A stretch of DNA of 64,000 bases from a virus, in the IMG/VR virus record IMGVR_UViG_3300031994_000086, positions 1 to 64,000 of that record; one strand, written 5' to 3'. Each line of letters starts with the position of its first letter. The stretch's first letter is position 1. Shown in pieces: positions 8,835 to 18,465 of the stretch. Both the position numbers and the translations under genes were made by a program. The notes beneath the pieces were generated by a model. That model did not search any database. It was given only the letters and a program-made list of their open reading frames with translations, and had not been told where the DNA came from.

Positions 8835-9745
8835 CTATGGGAAAGAAATTCACGTTTTATCGCAGATGGTGGGATTATCTCTCTGAGTTTGACGATGATA
8901 TAAAGCTTGCATCATACGATGCTGTCTTTGCCTATATCTTTGAACACACAGAACCCGATAACGGTATTGTGAAAGCAATAACAAAACCAATCTTCTCTGA
9001 GATTGATAAGGAAGAAGAAAAGACGGAGGCACTAAGACAGAAGCGTAGCGAAGCAGGGAAAAAGCATAAGGGAAATCAACATACAAAGACTAAAAACGAT
9101 AAAAAATGGAACAAGTGTTCCAAAAATGGAACAAGTGTTCCAAAAATGGAACAAAATGGAACAAGTGTTCCAAATTTAGAGAAAAAAGAAACAACAAATA
9201 CGAAAGATAGTATAGAAAATTGGAACAAGTGTTCCAAAAATGGAACAAGTGTTCCAAAAACAAACGAAAGTGAAGAAAAAAATAAAACAAAAAAAGAAGA
9301 AATCCCCCCACACCCCCCTATAGAAGAAAAAAATAAAACAAAAAAAGAAGAAACAAACTATAATGCGTGCGAGAAAAAAAAATCGGACAGAGAAAAAAAT
9401 GAGAAATCTCTTAGAGAAAGGCAAGCCGCTTTTGCATCAGCCGTCCAGGCGCACGCAGAGAACTATGACGAAGCAATGCTCAGGGATTTTATAGACTACT
9501 GGACTGAGCCAAATAAGTCTTACTCTAAGATGCGCTTTGAACAGGAACGGACGTGGGAACTGAAACGCAGGCTTGACTATTGGGAAAGAAGAAGTAAACA
9601 ATTCAAACGTATAAGCTATGGCACCACAAACAGTAACGGATATATTGCACCAGAGTTACGTGCAACCCAAGAGCGAAGAGAACAAGAAGAACGTCTTGCA
9701 GTGCGTATCAGGCAACTTGCAGAGGAAGATGGAGGCGGTATGTAG
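8831..9745 (+). CDS. replisome-organizer-like replication initiator with internal iteron array
   Basis: 304 aa; N-terminus 'FTFYRRWWDYLSEFDDDIKLASYDAVFAYIF' resembles a phage replisome organizer N-domain; central K/N-rich low-complexity region is encoded by the iterons. Confidence 0.5.
   Translation: MTMGKKFTFYRRWWDYLSEFDDDIKLASYDAVFAYIFEHTEPDNGIVKAITKPIFSEIDKEEEKTEALRQKRSEAGKKHKGNQHTKTKNDKKWNKCSKNGTSVPKMEQNGTSVPNLEKKETTNTKDSIENWNKCSKNGTSVPKTNESEEKNKTKKEEIPPHPPIEEKNKTKKEETNYNACEKKKSDREKNEKSLRERQAAFASAVQAHAENYDEAMLRDFIDYWTEPNKSYSKMRFEQERTWELKRRLDYWERRSKQFKRISYGTTNSNGYIAPELRATQERREQEERLAVRIRQLAEEDGGGM
9101..9345 (+). repeat. candidate origin: 5 copies of inverted-repeat iteron 'aaaatGGAACAagTGTTCCaaa' plus duplicated A-rich block
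   Basis: Copies start at 9108, 9128, 9158, 9222 and 9242, with a half copy at 9147; 20-30 bp phasing; 'gaagaaaaaaataaaacaaaaaaagaagaaa' occurs twice at about 9283-9350. Confidence 0.5.
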
Positions 9746-10247
9746 GCGATACGGAAACCGTGAGAAGTTTCTACATCAGATGTCGCCCGTCTATCAGACC
9801 TATGCAGCACAGAACCCTGACAAGGCTTTCTTCGGTGACGCTCCCACACTGACGGTTATCAATGCCACCTATGGCAAGAATACTGCAGTGATGTGGTTGA
9901 TACCGCAGCTCAACAACGTGTCACGCTTCTGTGGGTGCAAAGAGAGGCTGACGGATGAAGTGACAGAGGAACTGGCAAGGAGCATAGCCGCTGAATACTA
10001 CTACCTCAAAACGTCTGAACTGATGTTATTCCTCCAACGGTTTAAGATGGGACACTATGGACGTTTTTACGGAGCAGTTGACCCTCTTGTTATCACCACC
10101 GCACTGCAAGACTTCCTCGCTGACAGACGCACAGCCTATGCCAAGCACCAGCAAGAGGAAGAGCGCAAGCAGCGTGAGGCGTGGGAGAAGGAGGAGAGAA
10201 TGACTTACGAGGAATACAGGCGGTTCAAAGCAAAGAGGAATGAATAA
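9729..10247 (+). CDS. hypothetical protein (downstream of replication initiator; start adjusted to the first ATG after the overlap)
   Basis: In frame with the listed 9618 ORF; likely translationally coupled to the 8831-9745 gene. Confidence 0.4.
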   Translation: MEAVCRRYGNREKFLHQMSPVYQTYAAQNPDKAFFGDAPTLTVINATYGKNTAVMWLIPQLNNVSRFCGCKERLTDEVTEELARSIAAEYYYLKTSELMLFLQRFKMGHYGRFYGAVDPLVITTALQDFLADRRTAYAKHQQEEERKQREAWEKEERMTYEEYRRFKAKRNE

Positions 10248-10467
10248 AAAGAAGATACCCAAACAGATAGTCAGATGTCGTGACTGCAAGCACGCTTACC
10301 TCATGCGGAGCAGACCTGAGAACCCGGTCGTTGCGCTATGCACTGCGCAGGGCAATACTTTCAACCACCACGGCAGACGTGAGGTGGCAAGCTGCAAGAG
10401 GCTATGCGAGAGTTTTGTTCGCAGGGTTTGTCCAGAGGTTGTCAACCCGATGATATGGATTGTATAA
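10240..10467 (+). CDS. Cys-rich small protein (zinc-ribbon-like)
   Basis: 75 aa with CRDCKH...C...C. Confidence 0.35.
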   Translation: MNKKKIPKQIVRCRDCKHAYLMRSRPENPVVALCTAQGNTFNHHGRREVASCKRLCESFVRRVCPEVVNPMIWIV

Positions 10468-10490
10468 TTTAACCAAAAACAAATAACGCT

Positions 10491-10637
10491 ATGAAAATTA
10501 TTGTTATCGGAATATTTGCAGGTATAGGGATAGTATATTCCGCAACCAAAATCGCACAGGCTGTCCTGTGGGTAATGAAATACAAGAACACGATAGAGGC
10601 TTACGCCGAGTTGTTAAAGGCTAAAAAGGAGGACTGA
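10491..10637 (+). CDS. small single-TM membrane peptide (48 aa)
   Basis: Hydrophobic 'IIVIGIFAGIGIVY'; 'taatttaacc' box upstream. Confidence 0.25.
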   Translation: MKIIVIGIFAGIGIVYSATKIAQAVLWVMKYKNTIEAYAELLKAKKED

Positions 10638-10675
10638 CTTATGGACTACAAGAACACTAACCAACACAAAGAGAT

Positions 10676-10840
10676 ATGCTGAACTTTAACCGAACAACCG
10701 CCCTTGTTATGGGCATCTTAGGACTGACAGGCATAGTGGCAGGCATAGCCACCAAAACACCGCGCAACATAGTGATAGGCGTTGTCTGCGTACTGCTGAT
10801 GCTGATGTGCGTACATACCGACAGAATTAAGAATGAATAA
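10676..10840 (+). CDS. small two-TM membrane peptide (54 aa)
   Basis: 'ALVMGILGLTGIVAGIA...IVIGVVCVLLMLMCV'. Confidence 0.25.
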   Translation: MLNFNRTTALVMGILGLTGIVAGIATKTPRNIVIGVVCVLLMLMCVHTDRIKNE

Positions 10841-10971
10841 AGAAATCAGAAAACTAATAGACATACGAGCAAACACAGTCAGTGAGTGCTTTACCTGTAC
10901 TAAGGACTGTAAGGATTGCTCAGTATGCGTATGGAGGAAATTAAAATAAAAATTAAAGGAGGAATAGAGTT

Positions 10972-11706
10972 ATGAAAAAATATGAACTTATCCCCTCGGA
11001 CAAGAAGGGATTATACCAAATAAAAGCAATATGTGACTTTGGTAACATCAAAACAGGCGATATAGGCGGTTACATCGAGAGCGAGGGGAACCTAAGCCAC
11101 GACGGTAACGCTTGGGTGTACGGTAACGCTAAGGTGTACGGTAACGCTGAGGTGTACGGTAACGCTGAGGTGTGCGGTAACGCTGAGGTGTGCGGTAACG
11201 CTAAGGTGTGCGGTAACGCTAAGGTGTGCGGTAACGCTATAGTGTACGGTAACGCTAAGGTGTGCGGTAACGCTAAGGTGTACGGTAACGCTGAGGTGTA
11301 CGGTAACGCTGAGGTGTACGGTAACGCTTGGGTGTGCGGTGACGCTTGGGTGTACGGTAACGCTAAGGTGTACGGTGACGCTGAGGTGTACGGTAACGCT
11401 GAGGTGTACGGTAACGCTGAGGTGTGCGGTAACGCTAAGGTGTGCGGTAACGCTTGGGTGTGCGGTGACGCTGAGGTGTGCGGTAACGCTGATTATATAG
11501 TTTTCAAAAATTGGTGGAGCAGCGGCCGATACTTCACGTGGACCCGCTCTAACAACAAGTGGGCTGTAGGTTGTTTTTACGGCACAGGTGAGGAACTGAT
11601 AGCCAAGGCATACGAAGACAGCGAGAAGTCGGGGTGTGAATATGAGCGTATAGTCAGGTATGTGGAAGAAATCCTAAAGGGAACCATAAATGAAAAGAAT
11701 GAATAA
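10972..11706 (+). CDS. hexapeptide tandem-repeat protein (about 21 copies of V-[YC]-G-[ND]-A-[EKW])
   Basis: 244 aa; strong SD 'aaaggagg' upstream; near-perfect 18-nt DNA repeats; unique N- and C-terminal domains. Confidence 0.5.
   Translation: MKKYELIPSDKKGLYQIKAICDFGNIKTGDIGGYIESEGNLSHDGNAWVYGNAKVYGNAEVYGNAEVCGNAEVCGNAKVCGNAKVCGNAIVYGNAKVCGNAKVYGNAEVYGNAEVYGNAWVCGDAWVYGNAKVYGDAEVYGNAEVYGNAEVCGNAKVCGNAWVCGDAEVCGNADYIVFKNWWSSGRYFTWTRSNNKWAVGCFYGTGEELIAKAYEDSEKSGCEYERIVRYVEEILKGTINEKNE
11101..11490 (+). repeat. 18-bp tandem repeat array ('ggtaacgct[ag]aggtgt[ag]c') of about 21 units inside a CDS
   Basis: Visible directly; units differ at only 2-3 positions. Confidence 0.8.
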
Positions 11707-11868
11707 AGAAAATAACGAACTTGATATTAAAGCGACATGACCGATTTAAGCAAGAGTTAGACAGTTTGATTACAGAGTATTCAGACTTATCATACAAAGA
11801 ACTTTCAGATGCTTTAGAATATTATGCAAACATATATCGCTGAAAGGCATTAAAGGAGGAATATACTT

Positions 11869-12231
11869 ATGAAAGCAAGAATAAGAAAAACAGGTGAAAT
11901 AGTAGATGTAATTTGTTATGGCGGAAGTCCTTATAGTAGGAATAGTGTACTTGACTATGTGAATTATATTGATTCACAAGGTGTTGAGCATACAGAACCT
12001 AATCATTTAAATTACTATTGGGATTTTGAGTTAGTTGAGAACAAGGAAAACAATGATTGGGATGCTCTTAGGAGTCAGGCAGCAATAGCAGCTATGCAAG
12101 GAGTTATGAACTTCTTTGGTTCTATTGACTACAACAAAGAAACTATTGCTAAACTTGCAGTAGAGCAAGCAGATGCACTTATTGAAGAACTTAAAAAAGC
12201 CTACATTGAAAATGAGAAGAATAAACATTAA
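11869..12231 (+). CDS. hypothetical protein
   Basis: 120 aa; SD 'aaaggagg' upstream with a leader almost identical to that of the 10972 gene. Confidence 0.4.
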   Translation: MKARIRKTGEIVDVICYGGSPYSRNSVLDYVNYIDSQGVEHTEPNHLNYYWDFELVENKENNDWDALRSQAAIAAMQGVMNFFGSIDYNKETIAKLAVEQADALIEELKKAYIENEKNKH

Positions 12232-12259
12232 CAATCCCGAAGAACTCAAAAAGTTCAAG

Positions 12260-12481
12260 ATGGAAACAAGTGGCTTTGTGTCAACTTATGGTTTCCCATA
12301 CAGACTTGATGACCTTACGGAAAAGGGTGCTAACTATACCGTGTTCTGTCCTCTCAGATGGAAATCGATATTCTTACCAGCAAGGTTACGAAAGTTGTTG
12401 CGGGAAGATGTTGATGCTGATGTGATTAAGGTTGAGTACATAAACTTTGTTAAGGAGGAAATTGAAGATAAGGAGAAATAA
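12260..12481 (+). CDS. hypothetical protein (start adjusted)
   Basis: In frame with the listed 12173 ORF; the first ATG follows the stop of the previous gene. Confidence 0.3.
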   Translation: METSGFVSTYGFPYRLDDLTEKGANYTVFCPLRWKSIFLPARLRKLLREDVDADVIKVEYINFVKEEIEDKEK

Positions 12482-12483
12482 CT

Positions 12484-12762
12484 ATGGAGAAGATAAAACT
12501 ATACCTTGACCAGCTGGATAACGGCTGGGTTTTACAGGACGAGACAGACACACAGAATAGCACAACAGAGATTGTGGAAGATGAGAACATACGCTATAAG
12601 TTAGGTTCGACAATCATGGACTATATAAGAAGTGCAATGGATGAAGTTGCAAGTAACGGATGCGAGATAGAACTGACAGTAAGTGCTGTACCGTCAAGGC
12701 TGATTAAGACGGAACAAGTTAAAATAAAAAGTGAAATTATAGAAGTACAAAATTATGATTGA
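12484..12762 (+). CDS. hypothetical acidic protein
   Basis: 92 aa; SD 'aaggagg' at 12449. Confidence 0.4.
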   Translation: MEKIKLYLDQLDNGWVLQDETDTQNSTTEIVEDENIRYKLGSTIMDYIRSAMDEVASNGCEIELTVSAVPSRLIKTEQVKIKSEIIEVQNYD

Positions 12763-13483
12763 TATTGAAAAGTTTATTTGCTCATTGTTGGCAGACCATC
12801 CAGAAGGTGTTGCAGTTAGAAAAGATATACATAAAGCACTCAAGGAACAAGGACTTGAATATAAAGACGGAAAGATAGTGCCGATTGAGGATAAAACCGA
12901 GCTCAAAGAGAGTGAGGATGAGAGTGAGGATGAGAAGATAAGGAAAGAGATAATAACCTATCTATCTACGGTTGATGATAAAGAGCTTATTCCTTATGAA
13001 AGTTGGATTGCTTGGCTTAACTCTCTTAAAGACAAAGTCCAATCAAAGCAGGACGAACACGATATTACAGAACCAAAGTTCAAGGTTGGAGATTGGGTAA
13101 TCTTTAACAATAATAATAACAAAGATAGTATATATAGAATTGAAAAGGCTGAAAATTACCAATACACTCTTAGACATATCTTAGGTGGCTCAATGCCTTT
13201 GTCGTGCTGCAGTGAGAATATGCTTAGACTTTGGACTGCTGGTGATGCCAAGGAAGGTGATGTGCTTGCGGCATCTGATAATTCTATTTTCATTTATGCG
13301 AAAACAATAGACACAGGGTGTGTGCCTTATATTGTATTAACAGCCGACGGTATAATAAAGAAAAACAGAGATTTATTAGCCGCATGGGAATCTGTAATGG
13401 GTGTTCGTCCTGCAACCAAAGAGCAGCGTAACCTGCTATTCCAAAAGATGAGGGAAGCAGGGTATACATGGGATAACCAATAA
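12755..13483 (+). CDS. hypothetical protein
   Basis: 242 aa. Confidence 0.4.
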   Translation: MIDIEKFICSLLADHPEGVAVRKDIHKALKEQGLEYKDGKIVPIEDKTELKESEDESEDEKIRKEIITYLSTVDDKELIPYESWIAWLNSLKDKVQSKQDEHDITEPKFKVGDWVIFNNNNNKDSIYRIEKAENYQYTLRHILGGSMPLSCCSENMLRLWTAGDAKEGDVLAASDNSIFIYAKTIDTGCVPYIVLTADGIIKKNRDLLAAWESVMGVRPATKEQRNLLFQKMREAGYTWDNQ

Positions 13484-13677
13484 GAAGAATATAACCCTAC
13501 GTGGCGGTGTTTATTGCAACACGCTCCTCCCCTATCTGTTACCAATCACAAAGCCATTTTATCACAGGCAGCGTGTACGGGACACCGCCACAAGGGTATT
13601 TATTATTAATTAAATAATTTTCATGAACATGGAAAGAATAAGCACAAATTTACACTCTCATAAATTATCAAGGAACT

Positions 13678-14112
13678 ATGAAGTATATTGATTCAGATAA
13701 ACTGATTGCCGAGATAAACAAAAGGCTGATGGACGTAAATCTTGAAGAGTTGCACAACTTTGGGGCGCACAGGGTTTGGGCCTATAATGATGTCAAGTCC
13801 ATTATCGACCAAATGCAGCAGGAAGAACCGACACCTCCGGGCATCGAAGAGGAAAGTCAGAGGAAAGGCTGGCTCGACTACGGACTGATGATGAGCGAGA
13901 TTGGTTTGCACCGCTACAATGCGATACACCGCATCAAGGAGCACAAGGAGCAGTTCAATCCGCAGGCTGTCCCCGACCTCTATCACGTCGCAGAATACTA
14001 TAAGGCTGTAGGTGCGGAGCTGACATGCTGCTGCCTACAGGCATACGGCGAAGACTTTATCTTCACGCAGGACGAAGTAAAGGAAATCATCGAAAAGGAG
14101 GGCAAGCAATGA
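13678..14112 (+). CDS. hypothetical protein
   Basis: 144 aa. Confidence 0.4.
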   Translation: MKYIDSDKLIAEINKRLMDVNLEELHNFGAHRVWAYNDVKSIIDQMQQEEPTPPGIEEESQRKGWLDYGLMMSEIGLHRYNAIHRIKEHKEQFNPQAVPDLYHVAEYYKAVGAELTCCCLQAYGEDFIFTQDEVKEIIEKEGKQ

Positions 14113-14198
14113 ACAAGACATTTGAACAGGAATGCAAGGAGGGTCGCTTCGCCTTCAACTTATTATTAATAAAAATATAAACTAACAAAACTAAGATT

Positions 14199-14476
14199 AT
14201 GTACAAAGACTTATTAAACAAGAAAGTATTGGTACGCTCTTACGATGCAGGAGTGTACTTCGGAACACTTACCAAAGTAGAAGGTGAGACAGTAAGAATG
14301 GAGAATGTGCGTAATATCTGGCATTGGATTGGTGCCAGCTGTCTTTCTCAGATTGTTAACGATGGTATCAAAGGCGACAAGGTATCACCTATTGTCAGCA
14401 ACATGGTGCTGAATGGAGTATGTCAGATATTGCCACTATCTGACAAAGCTATAAAAAACTTAGAAGCACAACCTAT

Positions 14477-14489
<13 letters not shown>
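14199..14489 (+). CDS. hypothetical protein
   Basis: 96 aa; 'ttattattaat' box upstream. Confidence 0.4.
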
Positions 14490-15226
<737 letters not shown>

Positions 15227-15320
15227 GTAAACAAGGGCGAGGGTGGCACACCCCATCCTTGCCCACACAAGAAATGAGCAATGAAAAGAATAAAGATAGA
15301 TACAATTAATTTATTAAACT

Positions 15321-15581
15321 ATGAAGATAAAAGAAGCATGGGGCATCATCGCAGGGTTTAGCATAGAACTTGTGGAGCAGTATTCGGTCAAAGAATACGA
15401 CCGATGGCGAGACGCTGTTCAGACTATGCAGAAGTTCTTGCAACCGATATTAGACGAACCGGAAGCGGACGTTGTTACCACATACGATGATAAGAGCGGA
15501 GAGTGGAACGTAGAGCTGACAACGACAAGTCTTAGGTTCAACGGTCGCTATCCGCATACAACACGAGTTAAAGCGAATTGA
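15321..15581 (+). CDS. hypothetical protein
   Basis: 86 aa. Confidence 0.35.
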   Translation: MKIKEAWGIIAGFSIELVEQYSVKEYDRWRDAVQTMQKFLQPILDEPEADVVTTYDDKSGEWNVELTTTSLRFNGRYPHTTRVKAN

Positions 15582-15641
15582 ACGAATTATTTTCGCGGGC
15601 ATCATTCCCGCATAGTATTAACAAACAAAATTAAAGGAACT

Positions 15642-16469
15642 ATGAAACAAAGAACGATTTTTGGCCTATTGGCCGCAGTGATTGTAACATTGTCAATGAC
15701 ATCGTGCCACATGGCATCACCCGACGCAGACGAGGAAGCCGTGCTAATTAAAAAGCCGTGGTTCTTCGGACATGGCGGTGTGGACGATGACGCAGTGGAA
15801 AGCGGACTGACGTGGTGTGTATGGAGTACGTCGGTGGAGTATTTCAAGACGGTGCCTGTGCGCTACGATGAATCATTTGACGACATCTTCAGCAACGACA
15901 ACACACCGTTGGACTTCAACACCTACATCAACATTCAGATTGAGAAAGGCAAGTCGCCAATACTGATGAAGAACTATGGTACGGACTGGTATAAGAACAA
16001 TATCCAAGTGTTCTACCGCAACAAGACACGCGAGCAGGTCAGCCGATACTCGCCTTTTGACCTGATAAGCAACCGCGAGATACTGAAACGCATCGACTCG
16101 ACCATCATCGCCGACGTTAAGAAGTACGTTGAAAAACTGAGCCACGACAAGGAGTTCCCTATCATCATTTGTAGCGTGACAACGGGCGCGGCTCATCCGA
16201 ACCAAGACCAGATGGCAGAGATGAATCAGACCGCAGCCGCTATCCAGGCAGCACAGACGCAACAGCGCAAGAAGGAGATGGAGCAGCAGCGCGAGGCGGC
16301 AGAACGTCAGCGAGCCATTGCCGACAAAGCGTACATGAACGAAATGAACCTCACGCCGTCGCAATTCATCCAACTGCGTGCGTGGGACATCATCGACAAG
16401 AAGCAAGGAGCTAACGTTGATGTGCTCTTCAACGGCTCTGCTGATGCAATATGGAACATTCGCCGATAA
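15642..16469 (+). CDS. SPFH/band-7-like lipoprotein
   Basis: Signal peptide plus lipobox 'LSMTSC'; C-terminal 'QTQQRKKEMEQQREAAERQRAIADKAYM' coiled segment typical of SPFH C-termini. Confidence 0.4.
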   Translation: MKQRTIFGLLAAVIVTLSMTSCHMASPDADEEAVLIKKPWFFGHGGVDDDAVESGLTWCVWSTSVEYFKTVPVRYDESFDDIFSNDNTPLDFNTYINIQIEKGKSPILMKNYGTDWYKNNIQVFYRNKTREQVSRYSPFDLISNREILKRIDSTIIADVKKYVEKLSHDKEFPIIICSVTTGAAHPNQDQMAEMNQTAAAIQAAQTQQRKKEMEQQREAAERQRAIADKAYMNEMNLTPSQFIQLRAWDIIDKKQGANVDVLFNGSADAIWNIRR

Positions 16470-17100
16470 TCGGCAACAATCGGAGAGTGAGGAGTAATTC
16501 TTTACTTAAAATTAGGACACAAGTAAGATGATTTTTTCAAGGTCGTTTTTAATAGTATATTTTTGATGCACTTTTACCCACAGCGGTGGGCAACAAAACT
16601 TCAAATTATTAATTGTGTTTTAATAGTATTAAGTTTAAGGTTTTGAATGTTTATGCCTATCTGTGAGAGACAGGCTAACACTCCCCTCAGCGGAGGGGAT
16701 TATGTGAGGGTTGTCACGGCATCTGGTTAGCGTGACAGAGCAAACAAACAGTGTCGGATTTTTCAATAGGTATTCAGCGTGTCAACGGCACTGAGATATA
16801 GGCTCCTGAGAAACAAGTGGGGTCCGAATCCTCACCCTCACACTCAAACATGACAGTTCATATCATTTGATTTTATGTTCGTACTACTGTCGGTTCGTGA
16901 GAATAGGCAGTAATTGGGCAGAAAGGCGCGACGGCAGCGCAGGGGGACACACCAAACCATGCTTCACCCCTCTACCACTCTGAAAGCGGTTCGACTCCGC
17001 AGATGCCCACTACTGATAACAAACCCATATTGATTGTGCGCTCACTGGTTCGTGAGAATAGGTGAGCTTTTTTAAGACAAAAAATTAACACGAAAATAAG
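16470..17100 (+). ncRNA. candidate structured noncoding RNA region (GC-rich hairpins, T-arm-like GCGG-TTCGACT-CCGC, 16-nt direct repeats)
   Basis: No ORF of 60 aa or more; hairpins CTCCCCTC/GAGGGGA (16681-16700), TGTCACG/CGTGACA (16712-16736); 'ggttcgtgagaatagg' at 16891 and 17047; ends in a terminator. Confidence 0.25.
17038..17073 (+). terminator. rho-independent terminator (GCTCAC...GTGAGC plus T6)
   Basis: Stem-loop followed by 'tttttt'. Confidence 0.4.
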
Positions 17101-17195
17101 TTCCGTGGGTGGCTCTAACCGTAAGGATGAGCAGTGCAGTCCAAAGCACTATAGGATACCCATATTTTTTTGACAACAAACTAAAAACAAGATAT

Positions 17196-17483
17196 ATGAA
17201 CGACAAATACCAACTATTCTCTAATGGCATGGAGTTTATGCAATGGCAATCAAGAAACTGTGAGCAATGCGTAAAAGCCGTGTTCTACAACGAGAAAAAA
17301 GACTTCTACCCTAAGTACCGATGCAAGATACAAGAGCATATAGAAATGGCTGCAATCGGTGACGGAACAGGCAATAAGCGTGACTATGATGCGACACATT
17401 CTTGTGACTGCCCACATAAACGTACTAAGCGATGGAAGAAATCGACACAGAAAGAAATTAATCAACTATGTATATTATTTTGA
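17196..17483 (+). CDS. Cys-rich hypothetical protein
   Basis: In frame with the listed 17109 ORF; A-rich leader. Confidence 0.35.
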   Translation: MNDKYQLFSNGMEFMQWQSRNCEQCVKAVFYNEKKDFYPKYRCKIQEHIEMAAIGDGTGNKRDYDATHSCDCPHKRTKRWKKSTQKEINQLCILF

Positions 17484-17486
17484 GAT

Positions 17487-17747
17487 ATGAGAACAATATT
17501 TAAGACTAAGCTCGATGTCTGTGACTTTCAGACGATAAAGCTCCCACAGGGCTTTAGTATATTGCATATAGGAATGCAATGCGGACAGCCTTGTATCTGG
17601 TACGAATGCGACAGTGACATGCCTTTGGTAAGCCTTGACATATACTGCTTTGGTACAGGCTTCCGCATGGATGCTTTGCCACCGATGACATATATTGGTA
17701 CGGTCAATCAGAATGATGATTTTATTTGGCATTTCTACCGTGCGTAG
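17487..17747 (+). CDS. hypothetical protein
   Basis: 86 aa; MRT start overlapping the upstream stop. Confidence 0.35.
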   Translation: MRTIFKTKLDVCDFQTIKLPQGFSILHIGMQCGQPCIWYECDSDMPLVSLDIYCFGTGFRMDALPPMTYIGTVNQNDDFIWHFYRA

Positions 17748-18121
17748 ATAGAAAACAAATGTATAACAAAAACATTATTCACATTGAGGGCAGCGAGTTC
17801 TGGGGTAGATACATCTACCTCACTGCTGCACAAGGCTTCGCACTCGTCAAGCTGATATTTGACAACAGATGTGGCAAAGGAGTGTGCGAGATTGGAGAGG
17901 TAAACACACACCCTTGTAAGCAACGACAAGGCTATGCCACTATGCTGATGCAAGAGGCTGAACGCATAGCAAAGGAAAACGGTTGTACCGTCATACAACT
18001 ATGGACTAAGAAAGACAGTTGGATGCAAGAGTGGTATGAGCGTATGGGGTACAAAGTACAGGTTTTTATGACACCTCCGTCAGATGATACAGTATGGTTG
18101 TGTAAAGGGTTAACTAAATAG
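17726..18121 (+). CDS. GNAT-family N-acetyltransferase
   Basis: 'CKQRQGYATMLMQEAERIAKENG' fits the acetyl-CoA binding motif A (Q/R-x-x-G-x-G/A). Confidence 0.55.
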   Translation: MAFLPCVDRKQMYNKNIIHIEGSEFWGRYIYLTAAQGFALVKLIFDNRCGKGVCEIGEVNTHPCKQRQGYATMLMQEAERIAKENGCTVIQLWTKKDSWMQEWYERMGYKVQVFMTPPSDDTVWLCKGLTK

Positions 18122-18240
18122 GCTATGTAACTTTGCAAATTTATCAAGAATTAGCAAGAATTATAAAGAATAAGGAACTATGACATATAATGCCTAAGAT
18201 GTGTCTAAGATATGTCTAAGAAAGGAAAGGAGAATAAGAT

Positions 18241-18462
18241 ATGAAACTTGAAGATTTTTTATTTCTTATACAAGATGAAGATGCAAGAATAGAACTTGAA
18301 ATTGATGATAAAGAAGATTATCAATATCATCATTTTTGGCTCAGTGATTTTCGCGCAAATTCTAACGTTGCTAAATGTTATAGAGATTATGATGTAAGTA
18401 GCTTTAGCTTTTACCCAGAAAAAGACACACACGCTGATATAGGCATATATATTAAACAATAA
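18241..18462 (+). CDS. hypothetical protein
   Basis: 73 aa. Confidence 0.3.
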   Translation: MKLEDFLFLIQDEDARIELEIDDKEDYQYHHFWLSDFRANSNVAKCYRDYDVSSFSFYPEKDTHADIGIYIKQ

Positions 18463-18465
18463 GAT

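Noticed and set aside
9101-9262. Possible CRISPR array (regularly spaced 14-22 bp repeats)
   Set aside because: The repeats are palindromic iterons with variable, very short 'spacers' made of A-runs. They lie inside an ORF, and there are no cas genes or leader. They read as an origin-like iteron array, not CRISPR.
9090-9424. Minus-strand ORFs rich in Phe/Leu (73 and 82 aa)
   Set aside because: They are antisense to the A-rich iteron segment of the replisome-organizer gene, so the poly-Phe results from poly-A on the sense strand.
11101-11490. Possible CRISPR or satellite array
   Set aside because: Head-to-tail 18-bp repeats without spacers. They are in frame within a CDS and encode hexapeptide repeats.
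16718-17012. tmRNA (ssrA), suggested by a T-arm GCGGTTCGACTCCGC and a 7-bp complementarity between GGCATCT (16718) and AGATGCC (17002)
   Set aside because: No tag-peptide reading frame ending in an ALAA-like hydrophobic tail plus stop was found in any frame. The 5' partner is sequestered in a stronger local hairpin. It is kept only as part of a generic structured-ncRNA candidate.
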